Shown one piece after another: positions 49,786 to 60,173 of a stretch of 64,000 nt of DNA; positions within the stretch are counted from its first letter, which is position 1; each line of letters starts with the position of its first letter. The notes under the pieces were generated by a model that ran no database searches, was not told the DNA's origin, and was given only the letters and a program-made list of their open reading frames with translations. A program made the translations under genes and the position numbers. Origin of the DNA: Bacteroidales bacterium (GTDB lineage: Bacteria; Bacteroidota; Bacteroidia; Bacteroidales; UBA10428); the NCBI GenBank assembly GCA_016931575.1, contig JAFGEO010000146.1, positions 55,728 through 119,727 of the forward strand, read 5' to 3'.

Positions 49786-51771
49786 TTACCGGGCAGGTTC
49801 CCAACCCCTGGATTTACAGTACTCATAATTGACTTTGTACAGGCGTGCCGGTTCATCCTGGTTTTCGCCCACCTGCTTCACCAGGGTAAACACCCCCGGG
49901 TATTTGCTGTTGATGGCCACCATATACCGTTCGATGGTATTGATTACCCGGTCCGTTTTCATATCCGGATTTACCCGTAAACTGGCATTTATGAGGTAAT
50001 GTACATGATTCCTGTAAAGATTATCCAGCAACTCGTCAGGGATCATGGATGTTGTCCGTTTCGACCCGCTGACCAGTTCGTTTTTAAACCGGCTGACCGA
50101 TCGTATGGGTTCAATGCTTAATTCACGAAGCAGGGAGTCGGCAAGCAGGGCATCCGTGCCGGGCTGGTACATGCTGTAAACATCATCCTCAAAGGAAATA
50201 ATAGCCTTCAGGTATACTTTCAGAGAGGATACCAGGGCAGCATTTTTACCTTCCAGGTCCAGGTCATTCATAAAAAATACCGGGGTATCCTGATCGATTT
50301 CTGACAGCAGCTTATTCGTATTAACAAACTGCAGTTTGTACAACGGGTAAAAGCGGTGCCCTTTACCGTAGATGAACGACATGCTGGCCTTTCGCGAACC
50401 AATGCTCACTCCTTTTGGAGTATTCTCCGCTGCCCATTCACTCAGCTCCAGAAAATTCCTGTAATCGGGTGTGTAGCCTGAGAATTTTGTCCCCTTCTGA
50501 ACCCTGTCGCGGATCTGCGACATTTCAGATGCTTTGCCCATGCTACGGACAAAATTACTGAGGAAAACCACCCCCAGCAATCCGACCAGGATAGCACGAA
50601 TGAAGGCCTTGTCCAGCAGATTGGCAGTTTCAGCCAGGGTGTAAAACAGAAGGAGCAGCAGGAGGGGCATGAAGATAATCAGCAACCTGCTCTGCCGCCA
50701 CATCGGGTTTAAGGATAACAGGGTGATAATCAATGCCGCCCCGGTATACAAAAATACCAGCTTAAAAACCTTCTGCTTCTTTCGGCAGGCAAAGATGAAT
50801 CCTGCAATAAGCAGGGCGATAATAAGTATAGAAACCAGGTAAAAACTTTTTGGATTATCGGTCTTTTGGAAACCTGATTCCTGCAGGAACACCGTAGACA
50901 GGTAATAGCCCGCATTCTCATAAAAGCGGGTGAAAAACCCTGAAAAGCTTTCATGACCAAAGGAAGGGTTATACGGGTCTTTCTGCATGAGGATCTGCAT
51001 CTGGGCACCCAGGTCGGACCCCTGCACCCCCCATGCAGCTTTCTTATAAATGGAATAGGGTATTGTAACCAGGAGGTAACCTGCAAACACTCCCAGACCC
51101 TGCAGGTATTTCTTTTCCAGGAGGAAAAATACGAGTACGGCTCCCAGAGCGGCATAGCCAATATTACGGGTGGCGGCCATCATAAAGATCACCACCCCGG
51201 CGCCAAGGTAAAATTTCCAGTATTTCTTCAGCAGGAATCCTTCCCCCCCGCTGACAACCATGGAAACGATCAGGTAGATCAATCCAGACTGCAGGAACAT
51301 GTAGAAGGTCTCGGTAAAGGTATGGCTTCCATAATACAAAAGGCCGCTGCTCACCGAAGTGATCAGCAGAACAGCTCCCAAAAGAAAGGGTGAAACGTGC
51401 CTGCGGAAACTCAGAAAAAAGAAAACCTGGTGCCCCAGCAGGAACAGGAGGGATAGCAATTTGAACACTATCAGTTGAAAGCCCGTCAGCTTGATCATCC
51501 AGCCGATCAGCAGCGTATAAAAAACTCCGTGGAACGAAGGAAAAGATTCCCCCCTGCTGAATTCCATGGCACTCTTCAGGTAATCTGAATCATCTCCGCC
51601 TATGCTGATTCTGGAATCAAATTGAAGGAGCCCGAAAAAGACCATCAGGAACAGCGAGATATAAAAAATGGAAGTAAGATATTTTGAAAAGATCAGATCC
51701 AGTTTTGGGAACTGCATGATGTCGAGTAATCCGGGTATATTCTTTTTCCCTTTTTCAGATGTTGAGGCCAT
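49786..51771 (-). CDS. GT-C fold (ArnT/PMT-like) membrane glycosyltransferase
   Basis: GGDDSDY acidic loop after TM1, many TM helices, C-terminal soluble domain. Confidence 0.65.
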   Translation of the reverse strand: MASTSEKGKKNIPGLLDIMQFPKLDLIFSKYLTSIFYISLFLMVFFGLLQFDSRISIGGDDSDYLKSAMEFSRGESFPSFHGVFYTLLIGWMIKLTGFQLIVFKLLSLLFLLGHQVFFFLSFRRHVSPFLLGAVLLITSVSSGLLYYGSHTFTETFYMFLQSGLIYLIVSMVVSGGEGFLLKKYWKFYLGAGVVIFMMAATRNIGYAALGAVLVFFLLEKKYLQGLGVFAGYLLVTIPYSIYKKAAWGVQGSDLGAQMQILMQKDPYNPSFGHESFSGFFTRFYENAGYYLSTVFLQESGFQKTDNPKSFYLVSILIIALLIAGFIFACRKKQKVFKLVFLYTGAALIITLLSLNPMWRQSRLLIIFMPLLLLLLFYTLAETANLLDKAFIRAILVGLLGVVFLSNFVRSMGKASEMSQIRDRVQKGTKFSGYTPDYRNFLELSEWAAENTPKGVSIGSRKASMSFIYGKGHRFYPLYKLQFVNTNKLLSEIDQDTPVFFMNDLDLEGKNAALVSSLKVYLKAIISFEDDVYSMYQPGTDALLADSLLRELSIEPIRSVSRFKNELVSGSKRTTSMIPDELLDNLYRNHVHYLINASLRVNPDMKTDRVINTIERYMVAINSKYPGVFTLVKQVGENQDEPARLYKVNYEYCKSRGWEPAR

Positions 51772-52515
51772 AATTTAAGCGTGTTTTAAGAATGTGAAAA
51801 TACACATTATTCAGTAATTGAGAATGTGAACCTGCCGCTTAAGTAAGCTCTTAACCAGTAAAAAGATCGCTTCCCTCTCCCCGAAACCCTATGTATGTAA
51901 AAAGAAATTAAGCCGAAAGGTCCCAATAAATTCGTGATGCCTGAGTATTACTATCTCAACTCAATCGACTACAAAAATAGTTTTAAAGAAGAGACCTTTT
52001 CAGGAAGTTATTGATTCTTTTAAAAGGGATTGGCGGGAGCCATGGCCTTCCCTGAATTACCTTGTCTGGTTTTAATCAGAATAATTCTAAATAACGGGGG
52101 GGTATAAATACTAATAAATATTTTCTACATTAGAGGCGAGGTTAATTGTGCCGTTCTGAGAAATGAGGATAGAGTTTCGCCTGAGACTTTGAGGGCAATG
52201 AAGTTTATTATAAACAAGCTTAATACTTGATTTTCGGGGGTGAATCAGGGTATTGACCATGAAAAAATGATTTTTCATTCTTTTACCATGATTTATGTGG
52301 ATAGGAAGAGAAAGTATTTAAGTGCCTGTATGTGAATTAATTATACGAAATACTATGTATTCAACCTGAAAATCTATTCTGCCTATGTGAAAAACCTTCC
52401 TGCGTAAAAAAGGCAACACAGTATCTGAAGTATTTACTCAACATTTAGTAATATAGTATACCATAAAGTTGGATATAGAAAAGCTGAATCAGCAGAATAT
52501 CCAGATAAACTATAT

Positions 52516-53013
52516 ATGGATTTTAATACCTGGTTTCGTATATCTGAGGCTCTTCTTGAAAGTAAAATTGAATTGCAGGCACGAATCATTTATGGTGATG
52601 CTACAACGATGACATCAGTCACAGAACCAAATAATCAAAATATGGGTCAGTCATCCATCTCTGAACAGTGTAACAGTTGGAAAACTTATGATTGTTACTT
52701 ATTTACATGGAATTTGAGAATAAAAGGAACAGCATATCATATTTGGTTTTTAGATTACGATCCGGGAACTACAATAACCTTTACACCATCAGGGGGTCTT
52801 AATTTTGGTGCCCTTCCGGTTGCAAACGCATTTTTACCGATTGGAGCTAATTTTTCAGCTACAGCATCATTTCAATATACAAATACCAGTGATATTATTG
52901 GACATATGCAAGTATATAATTGGTCTCCGACATATAGTGATTATTCTGAAAATGAACATATATGGTTAGATGGTTCGGGCGCTGCAAAAGCTGTTATTCA
53001 ATATAACCAGTAA
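52516..53013 (+). CDS. Hypothetical protein, possibly the 3' remnant of a longer exported protein
   Basis: 165-aa ORF; the frame stays open upstream to a TGA at 52426; no signal peptide in the remaining part. Confidence 0.5.
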   Translation: MDFNTWFRISEALLESKIELQARIIYGDATTMTSVTEPNNQNMGQSSISEQCNSWKTYDCYLFTWNLRIKGTAYHIWFLDYDPGTTITFTPSGGLNFGALPVANAFLPIGANFSATASFQYTNTSDIIGHMQVYNWSPTYSDYSENEHIWLDGSGAAKAVIQYNQ

Positions 53014-53018
53014 TAAAA

Positions 53019-53056
53019 TTAAGTTTTCAGGCAGGAATTCCTGCCTGAAAACTTAA
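53019..53056. terminator. Perfect 38-bp palindrome (hairpin) between the ORF and the TonB receptor
   Basis: TTAAGTTTTCAGGCAGGAATTCCTGCCTGAAAACTTAA is its own reverse complement. Confidence 0.65.
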
Positions 53057-53068
53057 AATATAAAAGTT

Positions 53069-55507
53069 ATGAGTTTGCTATTAAGTCTCAAAATTTTTAT
53101 TTCAGTTTATATAATTATGATAGTATTCAAGCCTATTTTGAGATCTAGATTGAGAAGATGCTTTTATCTTTTGTTTTTTATCCAGGGGATGACTATTCAA
53201 CCTCTGTGTTCCCAAAATTCTCAAATTGCTATTAGTGGATATATTGAAGATCAAAATACAGGAGAACGATTGATCGGAGCTACGCTCTATGATCCGGCTA
53301 TTGGGAATAGCGCTGTAACGAACGAATACGGATTTTTTAGCATCAAACCGGGGTTGGAAACTCAAAAGTTGGAGATATCATACCTTGGATACCATTCTGT
53401 GGAGTATCTCATCGATCGGGAAAAAAGCGAAGGCCCTGTTTTTATAAAATTATACCAGGAAGAGCAGGCTCTCGATGAAGTAGTTGTCACAGGAGAAGCA
53501 AATCCGATCCACATACGCACCATCGGGATAAATAAGATTTCGATGGCCTCAATCAAGACTCTGCCAGTAATTGCCGGTGAGAAGGATATTATGAAAGCTT
53601 ATCAACTGCTTCCCGGCGTACAATCGGGCATGGAAGGAACCGCCGGGATGGTGGTCCGGGGGAGCAGTCCGGGTGAAAACCTGGTTCTCCTTGACGGAGT
53701 GCCGGTTTATAATATCAATCACCTTTTTGGTTTTTTCTCTGTCATAAATTCTGATGCCATTAACAGCAGTACACTTATGAAAGGTTCCATGCCTGCCCGG
53801 TATGGAGGCAGAATTTCTTCTGTGCTGGATATCCGGATGAAAGAAGGGAATGCGCAAAAGATCAAAACTTCTTTAACGGCAGGAATAATCTCTGCCCGGC
53901 TTCTGGTTGAAGGCCCTCTGATCAATGACCGTACTACTTTTCTGGTTTCAGCGCGCCGTACCTACCTTGAATTATTAGGCTATCCCATTTTTAAGTGGAT
54001 AATGAAAGAAGAAGGCATGTGGTCCTATAAATTTCAGGATATCAATGTTAAGTTAAACCATCGGTTTAATAACAACAACCGACTTTATCTCAGCATGTAT
54101 ACCGGTGATGATGCATACCATTATGCCTTAAATGAAGATACTGAAACGGAAACCGAAAGGGTTCATTATGAAGAAGAAGATGGTTTTAAATGGGGCAATA
54201 TTACAGGCACGCTGCGTTGGAACCATCAGTTTGGACCGCGTATGTTCTCCAATACTACCCTTTTGTATAGCAGGTACAGCTTCGCAACAAATACCTTCAG
54301 GGAAGAAATTACCACTACAACCGACAATACAAAAACGCTCCGGTATAGTATGGGATTCAACTCGGGAATTGAGGACTATGGAACTTCCTATGATCTGGAT
54401 TTTTATCCGAATAATAATCATAAGATTCGTCTGGGAGGAACTGCTGTACGCCATCAGTTTAAACCCGGTGTGAATATATATGACTTTCAGGACTTCAGTG
54501 GATTACTTGAGGTAGATTCCATAAATACAGGGGCAATCCTAACGAATTATGAGCTGGCAGCCTATATTGAAGATGAGATAAAACTGGGATCCAAACTGAC
54601 TATTTATATTGGTTACCGTCATGTAGCTTTCTTAACGGAAGATACAGTGTATCAATCACCTGAACCGCGAGTAAGTCTGCGTTTTCAACTTACAGACAAC
54701 AGTTCCCTGGAAGCTGCCTGGGGAATTATTTCCCAAAACCTGCATTTGCTGACCAACTCCTCGGTAGGTTTTCCTACAGACCAGTGGGTTCCAATAACAG
54801 ATCGGGTAAGGCCTGCCCGTGCTCAACAGTACAACCTGGCCTATAAACAAAAGATTGGAACGCTTTTCCTGCTTTCTATTGAAGGATTTTACAAGCAAAT
54901 GGATAACCTGCTTGAATATGAGCAAAATGCTAACCTTAAGGAGTACTGGGAAGATATCGCAGTACAAGGCGTGGGCGAGGCCAAAGGATTGGAGTTTATG
55001 CTTCAGAAAGAGCATGGGAAATCCACAGGTTGGATTGCTTATACATTATCCAGGTCCGACAGGGATTTCGAAGAACTAAATAACGGAAGACCCTATCCCT
55101 ATAAATATGACCGGCGGCATGACCTGAAAATCGTTTTTATGCAACAGCTTAATGAACGTTGGGAAGCCGGCATAAACTGGGTGTTCTCAACAGGAAGTGC
55201 CGTAACCCTTCCTCTGGAAGAGGCATCTTTGCCTAATCCTTCCTGGTATCTGCACTATTATTTCCCAAATGCTTATCCTTTTTACATATCAAAAAATAAT
55301 TACAGGCTTCCGAACTATCACCGACTTGATTTTGTGATCAATTATACGGTTCAAAAGAAAAAAACAGAACATATACTGAGTATGGGACTATATAATGCTT
55401 ATATGCATCATAATGCACTGTATTATTCTTTCTATGACGGGAAATTACGTAGTCATAGTATTATCCCGATTTTCCCCTCTTTCAGTTATACTATCTCCTT
55501 TAATTAG
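53069..55507 (+). CDS. TonB-dependent receptor (CarboxypepD_reg + plug + barrel, non-SusC type); true start may be downstream
   Basis: TGERLIGA, TNEYGFFS, GEKDIMKAYQLLPGV, ENLVLLDGVPVYN, ARYGGRISSV, YHRLD; C-terminal ISFN. Confidence 0.9.
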   Translation: MSLLLSLKIFISVYIIMIVFKPILRSRLRRCFYLLFFIQGMTIQPLCSQNSQIAISGYIEDQNTGERLIGATLYDPAIGNSAVTNEYGFFSIKPGLETQKLEISYLGYHSVEYLIDREKSEGPVFIKLYQEEQALDEVVVTGEANPIHIRTIGINKISMASIKTLPVIAGEKDIMKAYQLLPGVQSGMEGTAGMVVRGSSPGENLVLLDGVPVYNINHLFGFFSVINSDAINSSTLMKGSMPARYGGRISSVLDIRMKEGNAQKIKTSLTAGIISARLLVEGPLINDRTTFLVSARRTYLELLGYPIFKWIMKEEGMWSYKFQDINVKLNHRFNNNNRLYLSMYTGDDAYHYALNEDTETETERVHYEEEDGFKWGNITGTLRWNHQFGPRMFSNTTLLYSRYSFATNTFREEITTTTDNTKTLRYSMGFNSGIEDYGTSYDLDFYPNNNHKIRLGGTAVRHQFKPGVNIYDFQDFSGLLEVDSINTGAILTNYELAAYIEDEIKLGSKLTIYIGYRHVAFLTEDTVYQSPEPRVSLRFQLTDNSSLEAAWGIISQNLHLLTNSSVGFPTDQWVPITDRVRPARAQQYNLAYKQKIGTLFLLSIEGFYKQMDNLLEYEQNANLKEYWEDIAVQGVGEAKGLEFMLQKEHGKSTGWIAYTLSRSDRDFEELNNGRPYPYKYDRRHDLKIVFMQQLNERWEAGINWVFSTGSAVTLPLEEASLPNPSWYLHYYFPNAYPFYISKNNYRLPNYHRLDFVINYTVQKKKTEHILSMGLYNAYMHHNALYYSFYDGKLRSHSIIPIFPSFSYTISFN

Positions 55508-55513
55508 ACCTAG

Positions 55514-56464
55514 ATGAAAAACTCATTTAATAAATCTTTTCTAATTCTTTTCGGTATTATATTCTGTTTTTCATGTACGACCAAAACCTATGATATTGAA
55601 TTGGATGAATATACCCCTCATTTGGCAGTGGAATGCTTTTTTACGGCAGGGGAACCTTTTTCGGTGGTAGTTACTTCGACGCACTCCAATACAGATTCAG
55701 TCATCCCTCTTGATACTATAAAAGATGCTGAAGTACGTGTTTATGAGGATGGGGGTTTTATGAATAACCTCGAATGGGCAGAAACTAACACTTACAGGCC
55801 CAATATCTTCTTTACTGAAGGAGTTGGCATATTCACTAATCCCAATGCCATTCCTGAAGTTGGGAAACGATATCGTATTGAGGTAAGTGCCCCCGGATAT
55901 GATCCGGTTTATGCCGAAAGTACAATTCCTGAAAAATCCGATCTATCCTACCTGGGACATGACCATATTACAGAAGAGGAAAATGACTTTACGTATCAGT
56001 ATTTAAGAGTCTTTTTAAGAATGCAAAATCCGGATACCCTCAGTCATTTTTTCTTTTTTATAACCATGCGTTCTTATTATTGGAATAATTCTATATATCA
56101 TCATCGATACCCTATGATAAATGATCCTATTTTAGGGATCACAACTGGACAGAATGATGGCAATGGCTATGTACTTTTCTCAAACGAGTTTATTGAAGAA
56201 GATTACTATGATTTTCATGTGAAATTTTATCAATCGGATACTACAAAACTGGAGAACAATCCAAGGGTTTTTTTTCACCTTGCAACCTTAAGTGAAGAAG
56301 CGTATCACTATTGTGAAACGCTTGAATTATACCAGGAATTGGATCCTCGTTTCTCTGAACCGGTATGGATATATTCCAATGTCGAGGGAGGGGCAGGTGT
56401 TTTTGCCGGTATAAATATAAGTACGGATTCCCTAATATTCACTGCTACTTCAAATACCTATTGA
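55514..56464 (+). CDS. DUF4249-family lipoprotein
   Basis: Lipobox CFSC; EPVWIYSNVEGGAGVFAG C-terminal signature; follows the TBDR. Confidence 0.85.
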   Translation: MKNSFNKSFLILFGIIFCFSCTTKTYDIELDEYTPHLAVECFFTAGEPFSVVVTSTHSNTDSVIPLDTIKDAEVRVYEDGGFMNNLEWAETNTYRPNIFFTEGVGIFTNPNAIPEVGKRYRIEVSAPGYDPVYAESTIPEKSDLSYLGHDHITEEENDFTYQYLRVFLRMQNPDTLSHFFFFITMRSYYWNNSIYHHRYPMINDPILGITTGQNDGNGYVLFSNEFIEEDYYDFHVKFYQSDTTKLENNPRVFFHLATLSEEAYHYCETLELYQELDPRFSEPVWIYSNVEGGAGVFAGINISTDSLIFTATSNTY

Positions 56465-56506
56465 ATAAGTTAGGTAAATTGTGTGGGACAAGAGTTGGAG
56501 ATTTGA

Positions 56507-56908
56507 GGATACTCTATTGGCATTTGTATTCTGCTTAACATACTATCCTGCAGAAAACCTGTTGAGGAGGAATACCCTTTCTTTGCTCAGGAACCAGTTG
56601 TGAATTGCATTATTGTAGCTGATAGTCTACCCATAATTCAATTGTCAAACGCTGAAATGCTGGGGAAGGATCAATTATCTGTTATCAATAATGCATCGAT
56701 TATACTACTTGAAAATGGTATTTCAGTTGATACGCTTTCTTATAATACAAATGGACTTTACAAGGGAACTAAAGCGATAAATGAAGGAAACATTTATACA
56801 GCCGTGATAGAATCAAAAGGGGAAGACTTCAGGGTTATCCTAGAAATTTTAAGGTTCTTAAGTAGAATAACTCAGAAATTGCGAAATGGAAAAGCACTAT
56901 TAGATTAA
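56507..56908 (+). pseudogene. Truncated second DUF4249-like lipoprotein
   Basis: In-frame ILLNILSC-RKPVEEEYP...EPVVNCII lipoprotein start lacks an ATG (TGA at 56504); similarity appears to end near 56820. Confidence 0.6.
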
Positions 56909-57075
56909 GACTTATGCTAACCGATAATTCCAACACAATTTGATACACATGCACTGATCCACCAAGGAAAGTCTGTCACGATCCGGAAAGCTTTAGGCCT
57001 TGCTTTTCAATCCGGCTTAGCTAAATCTGGAAATAATCCTATATTAGTGGGGAAAATAACCAAGCTACATAAAAC

Positions 57076-58494
57076 ATGCTTCCCGGAATAGTGAAAAAAG
57101 AACAGTTGCAGGAGTATTATAATGAAAAAGCGGACAGGTTCTTCAGGGCCAGGCAGCGGAATCGCTACTATCACAAACAGCTTGAAAAATATTTCGCCTT
57201 TGTCATCCCTGAAGGGTCCAGGGTGCTGGAAATAGGTTGTGGTACAGGGAACCTGCTGCATGCTGTAAAACCATCCTACGGACTGGGGATCGACTTCTCG
57301 GAAGGCATGATAAACATTGCCCGTAAGCAGTACCCCAAGCTGCATTTCCGTAGCGGGGATGCTGAAAACATCCGGTTGGAGGAGACCTTCGACTACATCA
57401 TCCTGTCCGATTTGGTCGGCATGCTCACCGACATCCAGCAGGCTTTCAGAGGTCTGAAACAATTCTGCAGCGAACATACCAAGATCGTTATTTCCTTCTA
57501 TAACCCTTTGTGGGAACCTGCCATGAAACTGGCCGAACTGCTGGGAATTAAGGTCAGGCTGCCCTTGCAGAACTGGCTTACTGTAAGCGACATTCAGAGT
57601 ATGCTGCGCCTGGAGGATATCGAAACCATCCGCATCATCCGGAAAACGCTCCTGCCGATAAATATCCCCGGGATAAGTTTTTTCTTCAATGCCTTCCTGG
57701 CAAATCTCCCGGGATTTAACCGCCTGTGTCTGACGAATATGCTCACCGTACGCCCTGAGATCAAACAAGACTGGGACTTTACAGTATCCATTGTGGTTCC
57801 GGCCCGTAATGAAGCCGGAAACATTGAAAATGCCATCCTGCGGACCCCTGAATTTGGCGCTTCTCAACAATTTGTATTTATTGAAGGTAACTCAGCTGAC
57901 AACACGTACGAGGAAATGCTGAGGGTGCAGAAAAAATATCCGGATAAAAATATTCTGGTGGCCCGGCAGACGGGAAAAGGCAAAGGAAACGCCGTTCGCG
58001 AAGGTTTTGAACTTTCAACGGGTAAGGTACTGATGATCCTTGATTCGGACCTTACCACACCTCCGGAGGACCTGCCCAAATTCTACGAGGCACTGAAAAA
58101 GAACAAAGGAGAATTCATTAATGGTTGCCGCCTCGTTTACCCGATGGAGAAGCAGGCCATGCGCCAACTCAACCTGATGGCCAATAAATTCTTCGGATGG
58201 TTTTTCACCTACCTGCTCGGACAGCATCTGAAAGATACCCTCTGCGGCACCAAGGTTATTTTCCGCAGGGATTATGAAAAAATTAAGGCCAACCGAAAAT
58301 ATTTCGGGGAATTTGACCCCTTTGGTGATTTCGACCTGCTGTTCGGTGCTGCCAAGCTGAACCTGAAGATGGTAGAGATCTTTGTACGTTACCGCGACAG
58401 GGAATACGGATCAACCCAGATTAACCGGTTCCGGCATGGCCTGCTGCTGTTCAGAATGAGCTTTTATGCTGCCCGAAAAATCAAGTTCAACTAA
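57076..58494 (+). CDS. Class I SAM methyltransferase-GT2 glycosyltransferase fusion
   Basis: VLEIGCGTG; then VVPARNEAGNI, GKGNAV, ILDSDLT and DTLCGTK (DPM-synthase-like GT2). Confidence 0.9.
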   Translation: MLPGIVKKEQLQEYYNEKADRFFRARQRNRYYHKQLEKYFAFVIPEGSRVLEIGCGTGNLLHAVKPSYGLGIDFSEGMINIARKQYPKLHFRSGDAENIRLEETFDYIILSDLVGMLTDIQQAFRGLKQFCSEHTKIVISFYNPLWEPAMKLAELLGIKVRLPLQNWLTVSDIQSMLRLEDIETIRIIRKTLLPINIPGISFFFNAFLANLPGFNRLCLTNMLTVRPEIKQDWDFTVSIVVPARNEAGNIENAILRTPEFGASQQFVFIEGNSADNTYEEMLRVQKKYPDKNILVARQTGKGKGNAVREGFELSTGKVLMILDSDLTTPPEDLPKFYEALKKNKGEFINGCRLVYPMEKQAMRQLNLMANKFFGWFFTYLLGQHLKDTLCGTKVIFRRDYEKIKANRKYFGEFDPFGDFDLLFGAAKLNLKMVEIFVRYRDREYGSTQINRFRHGLLLFRMSFYAARKIKFN

Positions 58495-58497
58495 GCC

Positions 58498-59271
58498 GTG
58501 AAAGAAGCGATATTCGATAAGGACCGGGACACTACCCTGGAAAACAGGGAGAAACTCTTTAAGAACAAGAACCTCCTTTTTTGGTATCGTAAACTGTATG
58601 ATTTAACTATCGGAGCCATCCCCGGACATCGTGAAAAGAAGATCCTGGAGATCGGAAGCGGAACCTCACCCCTGAAAATATACTATCCCTGGGTAATCAC
58701 CTCAGACATCCTTCCCCTCGATTATCTCAATCATACCTTTGACTGTCAACAAATCGATGCATTCGTGGATATCGAAGATGGAAGCCTCGATTGCATCAGC
58801 CTTACGAATGTACTGCACCATCTGCCGGCCCCGCTTGATTTCCTGGTAAAAGCACAACGCAAGCTTAAGACCGGTGGAACGATCATCCTGACCGAGCCCT
58901 ATCTCTCCCTGCTCTCCAAACCCATTTACCGATACGTGCACTACGAACGTACCGATACCCGTATCGACCGTCCACTTCTTGACGAAAGTCAGGGCCCGCT
59001 AAGCTCCTCGAACCAGGCTATCCCCTACCTGATCTTTTTCAGAAAAAAGGAATGGTTTGCGACACTTGAGTCCACTTATCAGATTGATACTATCCGCTAT
59101 TTTACTTCTTTGGCCTATTTCCTGACCGGTGGCATCCGGCACCGCCTGCCCCTTCCCGGTTTTATATACAGATTGATATTTACAGCCGATGCCGCACTAG
59201 CCAGACTGTCTCCCCGTCTTTTTGCATCGTTTTTTACGATTACGCTGAGAAAGAAGCAGAAAAGTAAGTAG
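58498..59271 (+). CDS. Class I SAM-dependent methyltransferase
   Basis: ILEIGSGT, NVLHHL, LKTGG..ILTEP, NQAIP. Confidence 0.85.
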   Translation: MKEAIFDKDRDTTLENREKLFKNKNLLFWYRKLYDLTIGAIPGHREKKILEIGSGTSPLKIYYPWVITSDILPLDYLNHTFDCQQIDAFVDIEDGSLDCISLTNVLHHLPAPLDFLVKAQRKLKTGGTIILTEPYLSLLSKPIYRYVHYERTDTRIDRPLLDESQGPLSSSNQAIPYLIFFRKKEWFATLESTYQIDTIRYFTSLAYFLTGGIRHRLPLPGFIYRLIFTADAALARLSPRLFASFFTITLRKKQKSK

Positions 59272-59277
59272 AAGATT

Positions 59278-59577
59278 TTGCTATCAATTAAGGAACTCCC
59301 TAAAAGCTTTTATATTATCGATAAAGCATACATCGATTTTATAAGGTTCTACAATCTTCATCAGCAACGAGCTTTCTTTGTAACAAGAGCAAAAGAAAAT
59401 ATGCGATTTAACCGCATGTACTCCAACACTGTCGTCAAGACAACTGGAGTAAAAAATGATCAAATCGGTAAGCTGGGATCTTACTATCCTGGTAGAGATT
59501 ATCCGGAGAAGCTGCGTAGGATCAAATAGTGTTAAACGGATCAGGAACTAATCTTCCTTACCAATAACATGGGGTAG
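59278..59577 (+). mobile_element. IS4-family (DDE_Tnp_1-like) transposase remnant
   Basis: FYIIDKAYIDF...AFFVTRAKENM...YPEKLRRIK**TDQELIFLTNN: an internal transposase segment with in-frame stops; no termini visible. Confidence 0.75.
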
Positions 59578-59759
59578 CCTTCCCTGTATCGTCAAAGAAA
59601 TCCTGTAAAAATCACAAACAGTAGTCGTGTAACCTTTTGTATATATAAAATATTCTTTGTACAATTACATTGTAGGAATTTGAAGTTATGTACTAGCAAC
59701 TGTTCAGATATGATCAGGTATTATGATTTTATACTTTTAAAACTTTCTCATTTCACAAA

Positions 59760-60044
59760 ATGTCCCTCAGGAAATATGTTATTCTATATGACAGATTACT
59801 GTCATTAATAGAAAAAAAATCAACAGGCACTCCCACTGAATTAGCTTTGAAACTAGGTGTTTCAAAACGACAAGCCAGTAACTATATACATGATTTACGT
59901 GACTTAGGATTTAAAATCGAGTTTTGTCCCCTCCTCCAAAGTTATGTCTATAAAGATATATCCTTACACAAGGATCAGGTAATCATCCATCCCGATTCAG
60001 AAATTAGAACAATCCTGCCCCGCTTGAAAAATACGATTATTTAA
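59760..60044 (+). CDS. Small HTH-domain regulator (HTH_11-like)
   Basis: STGTPTELALKLGVSKRQASNYIHDLRDLG..IEF...SYVY winged HTH. Confidence 0.8.
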   Translation: MSLRKYVILYDRLLSLIEKKSTGTPTELALKLGVSKRQASNYIHDLRDLGFKIEFCPLLQSYVYKDISLHKDQVIIHPDSEIRTILPRLKNTII

Positions 60045-60064
60045 AATCGATCTAAATATTGTCG

Positions 60065-60099
60065 ATGCAATAATATTTCATTCTGCGTGCCAACCTTTG
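60065..60099 (+). promoter_or_regulatory. Imperfect palindrome ATGCAATAATATTTCAT plus -7-like AACCTTTG
   Basis: Lies between the HTH gene and the downstream operon. Confidence 0.45.
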
Positions 60100-60173
60100 T
60101 TTTTTTGGAGCAATTAGCTCCAAAAATTTATTAAACAATTCTCTAACTCATTACATAACTAACATTTATTGAT

